A stretch of DNA of 64,000 nucleotides. It comes from a candidate division FCPU426 bacterium (lineage in GTDB: Bacteria > Oederibacteriota > Muellerivitia > Muellerivitales > Muellerivitaceae). Below, in pieces: positions 59,002 to 64,000 of the stretch. The stretch is taken from assembly GCA_963796105.1 (NCBI GenBank), contig CAWCKJ010000011.1, positions 32,001-96,000 on the forward strand, written 5' to 3'. How positions within the stretch are numbered: position 1 is the stretch's first letter; the number at the start of each line of letters is the position of its first letter. Made by a program: the position numbers and the translations under genes. The notes under the pieces are model-generated. The model was given only the letters and a program-made list of their open reading frames with translations, was not told the DNA's origin and searched no databases.

Positions 59002-59029
59002 TTGACCATTATGAACATATGCTCATAAT
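59002..59029 (+). promoter_or_regulatory. Promoter-embedded palindromic operator, copy 2
   Basis: TTGACC-ATTATGAACATATGCT-CATAAT; 22-bp near-perfect palindrome 59008-59029. Confidence 0.7.
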
Positions 59030-59066
59030 AGACAGTGTCACTTTTTTTATCCAAGGAGCAAACCTC

Positions 59067-59441
59067 ATGAAACTCTGCATACCAGTCCAAGAAAACAATG
59101 GGCTTAAAAGCGAAATCAGCCGTCATTTTGGCTCGGCTAACCAATTCTTGATTGTTGATACCGATAGCGGTAATTGCCGTTCGCTCCCCAACCAAGTCCA
59201 CGAGCACGGGGAATGCCGGCCCGTCCAAACGCTATCCGGAGAAACAGTCGACGGCGTCGTAGTGGGGGGCATTGGAAAGGGAGCCCTTCATAAACTCCAA
59301 GCCGCCGGAATCCAGGTATTTTTATCCGAACACCGCACGGTAGAAGAAGTCCTCATGGGATATAAATCAAACAGCCTCCAGGCCGCGACCACGGCGGAAT
59401 GCTGCGGAGGACACGGTTCCGGGCATAATTGTTCATCCTGA
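59067..59441 (+). CDS. NifB/NifX-family protein
   Basis: MKLCIP, SRHFGSA, VVGGIG.GA, AGIQVF; AGGAG RBS; Cys/His tail. Confidence 0.88.
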   Translation: MKLCIPVQENNGLKSEISRHFGSANQFLIVDTDSGNCRSLPNQVHEHGECRPVQTLSGETVDGVVVGGIGKGALHKLQAAGIQVFLSEHRTVEEVLMGYKSNSLQAATTAECCGGHGSGHNCSS

Positions 59442-59536
59442 TAGGCCATTTCAGGTAGATTATTTCGGGTGTCGTTCTTTTCCTAGAAACTATCGCTTCT
59501 GTTGGTGGATAAATCAAATAAGGGAGGGAATATACT

Positions 59537-59749
59537 TTGGCTGAAACACAATTGAATGTTACGGGTATGACCTGCAACCATTGCGTCCAAACCGTCCAGA
59601 AAACCTTGGCTTCCCTTTCGGGCGTACAAAAGGTTGATGTTCAATTAGTCCCTCCAAAAGCAATTATTACCCACGAGAACATTTTCGATCTTGAAGCAGC
59701 AATCAAGGCGATTGAGAAGGAAGGCTACAAAGCCATCATTTATTCATAA
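59537..59749 (+). CDS. CopZ-like heavy-metal chaperone
   Basis: GMTCNHC, EKEGY; GGAGG RBS before TTG. Confidence 0.9.
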   Translation: MAETQLNVTGMTCNHCVQTVQKTLASLSGVQKVDVQLVPPKAIITHENIFDLEAAIKAIEKEGYKAIIYS

Positions 59750-59818
59750 ATTTTAAATCTGAGTTTTAAGGCAGCCAAAGACTTCGAATGGAGTGTATTT
59801 TCAAACATTTAACAAAAG

Positions 59819-60649
59819 TTGATCGGGAATCCAATGGTTGAATCCCTGGATGATTCCAAATACGCCAAAGGCACGGGCCTTTTCTCTGTTTATGAGAACG
59901 TCTCATTCCCGGAGAATGTGAAAAAACGCTGTTCAGCCCTGCTGGAATTCGGCAACGAAACCATCCTGAAAAATGATTTCATCATCCTGGATTTCGTCCC
60001 CTATCCCGGCCTCGGGAACGTTGGAGCGGGGGATGTGTTGAAATATTCCTGGATCCTTTCAGAATCCCACCGGGTCCTGATTTACGACCCCGCAACTAAA
60101 AAGTTGATCGACGAACTCTACACCTGCAGTCCCGAAAAGGATGGAAAGCTGATGTTCGAGAGAAGCAACCAAATCATTGGGAAACCGGTGAAAACCGTCA
60201 GCTTGAGAGAAATCGTCAGCAAGGAAATGGCCCGCCAGGAGCAACCCGAAAAGTTGTTCCATTCGGTCCAGGACGCGTCCAAAAAGTTCCGTTTGGCGCC
60301 TAAAAAGAATTATTGCGTATCCACGGTGTTTTTCGACATTTCGGACCGCCGATTGGACGAGGACAGCCTGGAAGTCATGCTGACGAAGGCGTTGAATAAA
60401 GGCGACCAGAAACCGGTGATCGAATCCGCATGCCGCTACGATCCCCAGGGCTATACCTACATCCACCAGTCCCCCAAGCACTTCGCGGGCCTTCACAGCT
60501 ATCCCGGCACCTTGAAATCCGCCCATTTAAGCCTGATCGGCCCCGGTGAGGCGGTGTTACCGGTTCTGGAAGATATGGAAGAAGTTGTTTACAAGCGCAG
60601 GAAAGCCGAACCTACCATCAGCATCAAGATCGTAGCCGAAGGTTTTTAG
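59819..60649 (+). CDS. Hypothetical protein
   Basis: 276-codon ORF co-oriented with neighbours; no recognised motif; start may be 59834. Confidence 0.65.
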   Translation: MIGNPMVESLDDSKYAKGTGLFSVYENVSFPENVKKRCSALLEFGNETILKNDFIILDFVPYPGLGNVGAGDVLKYSWILSESHRVLIYDPATKKLIDELYTCSPEKDGKLMFERSNQIIGKPVKTVSLREIVSKEMARQEQPEKLFHSVQDASKKFRLAPKKNYCVSTVFFDISDRRLDEDSLEVMLTKALNKGDQKPVIESACRYDPQGYTYIHQSPKHFAGLHSYPGTLKSAHLSLIGPGEAVLPVLEDMEEVVYKRRKAEPTISIKIVAEGF

Positions 60650-60711
60650 GTTTTTCTTTCTTCCCGGTAAAGTTCGGGATTAAAAAACCAACCGTCTGAA
60701 GGAAAGCCGCA

Positions 60712-62127
60712 ATGAGTCATTCCCATGAACCCCACTACTCCGGTTACTCCAACCTTGACCGAAGACTTTGGATTTCCCTCCTCTTAAACTTAGCTGTCAG
60801 CTTGGGGGAATTTCTGGCTGGGTTCCTTTCCGGAAGCTTGGCCCTTCTCTCAGATGCGACTCATAACTTGAGCGATGTAGGTGCCATCGCGCTGGCCATC
60901 GCGGCTAGGAAGGTGGGACGCCTTCCCCCCACCAACCGCTATACCTACGGTTTTAAAAGAATGGAAATCATGGCTTCCATGATTAACGCCATCTTCCTCT
61001 TGGTTTTGGCCGCTCTTATCACCCGGGAAGCCCTGCAAAGCCTCGGAAATCCCGGCGTGCCGAAATCAGGCATCATGCTTTCCGTCGGCCTGGCGGCCCT
61101 GGCCGCCAACCTTGGATCAGTCCTGCTCCTGAAACGCCACGATCACGACGATGTCAACGTCCGAGGCGCCTTCATCCACATGCTCCAAGACGCCTTTTCC
61201 TCCCTAGCGGTAGTGTTGGCGGCGCTGTTGGCCCCCCTCCATCAGGGCCATTGGATGGATTCCCTTGCCGCTCTAGCTATTGGGGTCCTGATGGTTGTTG
61301 GGGCCATCAGTCTCCTTCGGCGTGTTTTTTCCACTTTGTTGGAAGGAGTCCCGGTGGATTTGGACGTGGACAGGCTGGCAACCCGGGTTTCCCGTGATTA
61401 TCCATCTGTCCGCCTTCATCACATCCATCTTTGGGAAAACGGGCCGGGGCAACGCCTGTTGACGGCTCATGTGGCCGTATCGCCTGAGAATGACGCCCGG
61501 GCTGTTGGCCAGCTTATATTGAAGTTGAAAAATTATTTACATGAGAATTGGAACATCAACCACTCGACTTTAGAGCCGGAGGTTGAGGCTTGTGAAGATC
61601 CGGCGCTCCTGGGGCATTGGCGGGAGAAAACGGGAAATATTCCCGCAACCATTAAAACGAATCGTTCCTTTTCTAATGTTGAAGATTCCATATCCCTTGC
61701 CGCAAAGAATGGCCACGGCCATTGCCTGATTTGCGGGGATTTGAATCCATTGTCCCTGAAATTATCCTTCCAAGCCGGGAAGGACGATTCGGTCTGGACA
61801 AACTTCCAGGGAAATTCAGGATTGCAAGGATACGAGAAAATCCTCCACGGAGGAGTGATTTCCTCCTTACTGGACGCGGCTATGACGCATTGCCTTTTCC
61901 ACCATAAAATACAGGCTGTAACCGGCGACCTTCATGTCCGTTTCGTTCATCCAGTCCCATGCGAGGCGGCCCTGGAAATCAAGGCATGGATCGTGTCCTC
62001 CAGGCCGCCGCTCTACATCCTGAATGCGGAACTTTCCTGCGACAAACGGGTCATGGCTTGGGCCGAAGCTAAATTTGCGCCTCAAGAAAGGTTTTTGTTA
62101 TCAAGAAAGATAAAGAGGTCGCCCTGA
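60712..62127 (+). CDS. Cation diffusion facilitator fused to PaaI/hotdog thioesterase
   Basis: SLALLSDATHNLSD, YTYGFKR, AFIHMLQD, HHIHLW; then CLICG..NP..L, LHGGVISSLLDAAM. Confidence 0.82.
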   Translation: MSHSHEPHYSGYSNLDRRLWISLLLNLAVSLGEFLAGFLSGSLALLSDATHNLSDVGAIALAIAARKVGRLPPTNRYTYGFKRMEIMASMINAIFLLVLAALITREALQSLGNPGVPKSGIMLSVGLAALAANLGSVLLLKRHDHDDVNVRGAFIHMLQDAFSSLAVVLAALLAPLHQGHWMDSLAALAIGVLMVVGAISLLRRVFSTLLEGVPVDLDVDRLATRVSRDYPSVRLHHIHLWENGPGQRLLTAHVAVSPENDARAVGQLILKLKNYLHENWNINHSTLEPEVEACEDPALLGHWREKTGNIPATIKTNRSFSNVEDSISLAAKNGHGHCLICGDLNPLSLKLSFQAGKDDSVWTNFQGNSGLQGYEKILHGGVISSLLDAAMTHCLFHHKIQAVTGDLHVRFVHPVPCEAALEIKAWIVSSRPPLYILNAELSCDKRVMAWAEAKFAPQERFLLSRKIKRSP

Positions 62128-62245
62128 ATATTTTTGGTGACCTGATGTGATTTCCGGCTTCGGAGTTGCTTTCTTTTCAAAGAAATCCCAGAGCGGTCCG
62201 CAATGAGACTTTCGGGTTTTATTGATTGCCTCGATTTACCATTAA

Positions 62246-62338
62246 TTACAAATCCTCCCTTTGGCGCCGAAGCCTGGCCGCGCAGGATGCCCCGCCCGCC
62301 ACTCCCCCGACAATGACGACTTTTTTGAGGTTTTCCAC
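62246..62338 (-). pseudogene. 30-codon 5' remnant of CoADR-rhodanese
   Basis: MENLKKVVIVGGVAGGASCAARLRRQREDL* versus MDKLKKVVIVGGVAGGASCAARLRRQREDLE at 49822. Confidence 0.9.
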
Positions 62339-62746
62339 TTGGGTTTACTTTCTCGAGTCCGTTCTTACGATTCGATGGGAAGTCCGCTTCGGCCCCAGGA
62401 TGAGATCCCCCCCGCGATATGGGCCGCATTCGTGAATCCCTTGTCCTGTAAAAGGCGCAAGGCCATTCCGCTGCGGTTCCCGCTCCGGCAGTAAAGGATC
62501 AGGGGCCTGGTTTTGTCGATTTCCCCCAGGCGGTTCGCCAGCTCGTGCAGGGGAAACAGTTTGGAACCGGTGATCCGGCCCTCGCGATTCTCCTCGGCGC
62601 TGCGCACATCCACCAGCTGGATTCTTTTATCCCCCTTGATCCTTTGGAACGCGTCCTGAGGGGATAACTCCGCGGCCGGGTTGGAGGGACCGGCACCCAG
62701 CAGCATCTTGATCAGCGAACCAATGCTTCCCATGAAAATCTCCTTT
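62249..62746 (-). repeat. Diverged duplication, copy B
   Basis: Aligns to 49733-50245. Confidence 0.88.
62365..62733 (-). CDS. Single-domain rhodanese (paralog of 49867-50232)
   Basis: LVDVR, YCRSGNRS, GGISSW; AGGAG RBS. Confidence 0.92.
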   Translation of the reverse strand: MGSIGSLIKMLLGAGPSNPAAELSPQDAFQRIKGDKRIQLVDVRSAEENREGRITGSKLFPLHELANRLGEIDKTRPLILYCRSGNRSGMALRLLQDKGFTNAAHIAGGISSWGRSGLPIES

Positions 62747-62817
62747 TGTTTGGAATGACTTATCGAAATCACTTCATTCTTTTTCCAGCCCATTACCTTT
62801 CATGCCAGTCACAATCT

Positions 62818-63018
62818 TCAACTCTTTTTGGGCGATACCCCGCATGTGCTGAAACCCAGCATCGCGTAAGGCGGGCACCAGCCCAGGATCCCCGTAACGA
62901 GGGGGATCAGACCTAAGAGGAACCAATAGCTGGATGGCCCCCAAAAGGCCAGACTGGTCAGAACCAGCCCCGCGGCGATTCTCACCGCTCTTTCCACCGG
63001 ATGAATATTTTTTTTCAT
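62818..63018 (-). CDS. DUF2892 (YgaP-like membrane) protein
   Basis: MKKNIHPVERAVR..GLIPLVTG..GWCPPY..LGFSTC. Confidence 0.9.
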   Translation of the reverse strand: MKKNIHPVERAVRIAAGLVLTSLAFWGPSSYWFLLGLIPLVTGILGWCPPYAMLGFSTCGVSPKKS

Positions 63019-63091
63019 GACTGCCTCCCCATTTTTTAATAACGTCTTCCTCATTCCATAACCACTGTTTCTTTTAAGGCTTAGTTCAGGT

Positions 63092-63616
63092 TCATAGTTT
63101 CTTCCCCGCTTTTTCCAACGCCTCCTTGAGGGTTTCGCCATCCGTCATACCCGTGAATTGGTCGAGGATCTTTCCATTCATGAAAACAATGAGGGTGGGA
63201 ATTCCTTGGATGCCGTACCGGCTGGCAATCCCTCCCTGTTCATCGACGTTGAGCTTCCCCACGATGGCCTTGTCCCCCACCGCGTCGGTCAGTTTAGAAA
63301 CGATAGGCCCTTCCATCCGGCAGGGCCCGCACCAGGGCGCCCAAAAATCCACTAATACCGGCTTTTTCGACTTCAGGACTTCCTCCTCCCAGTTGGCGGC
63401 GCTGAAAACCTTCAAGGCCGGATTGTCCGCCTCTTTCTCCTGTCCGATTAAACCGCACCCGGTTGAATAGGCCATCAACAAAACCGCCAATATCCCATAG
63501 AGGACATATCTCCAAGGTTTTGCCTTAATGGCTTGAAAACTGGTTTTCAAGATCACCGCCCGGAAGTATCCGTATCCGAACAGGCACCCTATGACAACCG
63601 CTATTAAAAATTCCAT
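63092..63616 (-). CDS. Thioredoxin with N-terminal hydrophobic extension
   Basis: [17 protein letters not shown]-terminus similar to 45231-45746. Confidence 0.9.
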   Translation of the reverse strand: MEFLIAVVIGCLFGYGYFRAVILKTSFQAIKAKPWRYVLYGILAVLLMAYSTGCGLIGQEKEADNPALKVFSAANWEEEVLKSKKPVLVDFWAPWCGPCRMEGPIVSKLTDAVGDKAIVGKLNVDEQGGIASRYGIQGIPTLIVFMNGKILDQFTGMTDGETLKEALEKAGKKL

Positions 63617-63664
63617 TTCACACCCCCTACAGGCCAACATGAACTTCTTAAGCGAGTTCTTGGC

Positions 63665-63991
63665 TTAATTTCCAGCCGCCAGTAATGCGGCTTCCAGTGC
63701 CGGCGCGTTTGTCACGCCAATGAAAGTATTCTTGGGCTCGCCTTTTTGGAAAACCATCAGGGTCGGAATCCCGCGGATACCGTACTTGGCCGCGATTTCT
63801 GGATGGTCGTCGCTATTAAGTTTCCCGACGACGGCCTTTTCCCCCACTTCTTCCGCTAGCCTCTCCACGATGGGCCCTTGCATCCGGCAGGGGCCGCACC
63901 AGGGCGCCCAAAAATCAACTAGGACGGGCTTCGAGGATTTCAGCACTTCCTTCTCCCAATTCTCAACCGTGAATTCCTTGACTTGTTTCAT
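63665..63991 (-). CDS. trxA: Thioredoxin
   Basis: [18 protein letters not shown]. Confidence 0.93.
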   Translation of the reverse strand: MKQVKEFTVENWEKEVLKSSKPVLVDFWAPWCGPCRMQGPIVERLAEEVGEKAVVGKLNSDDHPEIAAKYGIRGIPTLMVFQKGEPKNTFIGVTNAPALEAALLAAGN

Positions 63992-64000
63992 GACATCCTC

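Noticed and set aside
59067..59441. Nitrogen fixation gene
   Set aside because: Stand-alone NifB/NifX-family proteins are common without nif genes; no nifHDK here

Overview
Bacterial chromosome segment from a diderm (LPS/Kdo genes), mostly high-GC with AT-rich spacers. The long Thr/Pro-repeat secreted protein and the gene set resemble poorly studied lineages such as FCPU426 (inference only). Left to right: (1) 1-3216, a >1072-aa secreted Cys-rich protein with a ~690-aa Thr-X tract, missed by the ORF track; (2) 3.6-25.7 kb, a minus-strand kdsD-kdsC-acyltransferase-lptCAB-[PI-phosphate synthase, ino1, S1/P1 nuclease, amidohydrolase]-rpoN-hpf-ptsN-hprK-yvcK-mannose-family PTS (with a GH57 inside)-ptsH-ptsI cluster; (3) 26-31 kb, an accessory patch with a PIN/RHH toxin-antitoxin pair bounded by a duplicated gene end, AT-rich genes, and a second HPr with a PilZ gene; (4) 31-40 kb, assimilatory sulfate reduction genes with a riboswitch-like attenuator and many intergenic palindromic elements; (5) 41-45 kb, a porin/cupredoxin/adenylate cyclase module disrupted by an IS200/IS605-like miniature element; (6) 45-64 kb, a thiol/persulfide island with three thioredoxins, two rhodaneses, CoADR-rhodanese and IS1595. 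Its core is the strongest candidate for an undescribed system: a SqrR/BigR-type regulator, TusA, DsrE, an atypical MvhD, two HdrA-like flavoproteins and a QmoC-like membrane subunit, with no aprAB, hdrB or lbpA in the window. No rRNA, tRNA or CRISPR array was found. All product calls come from motif recognition, not database searches.
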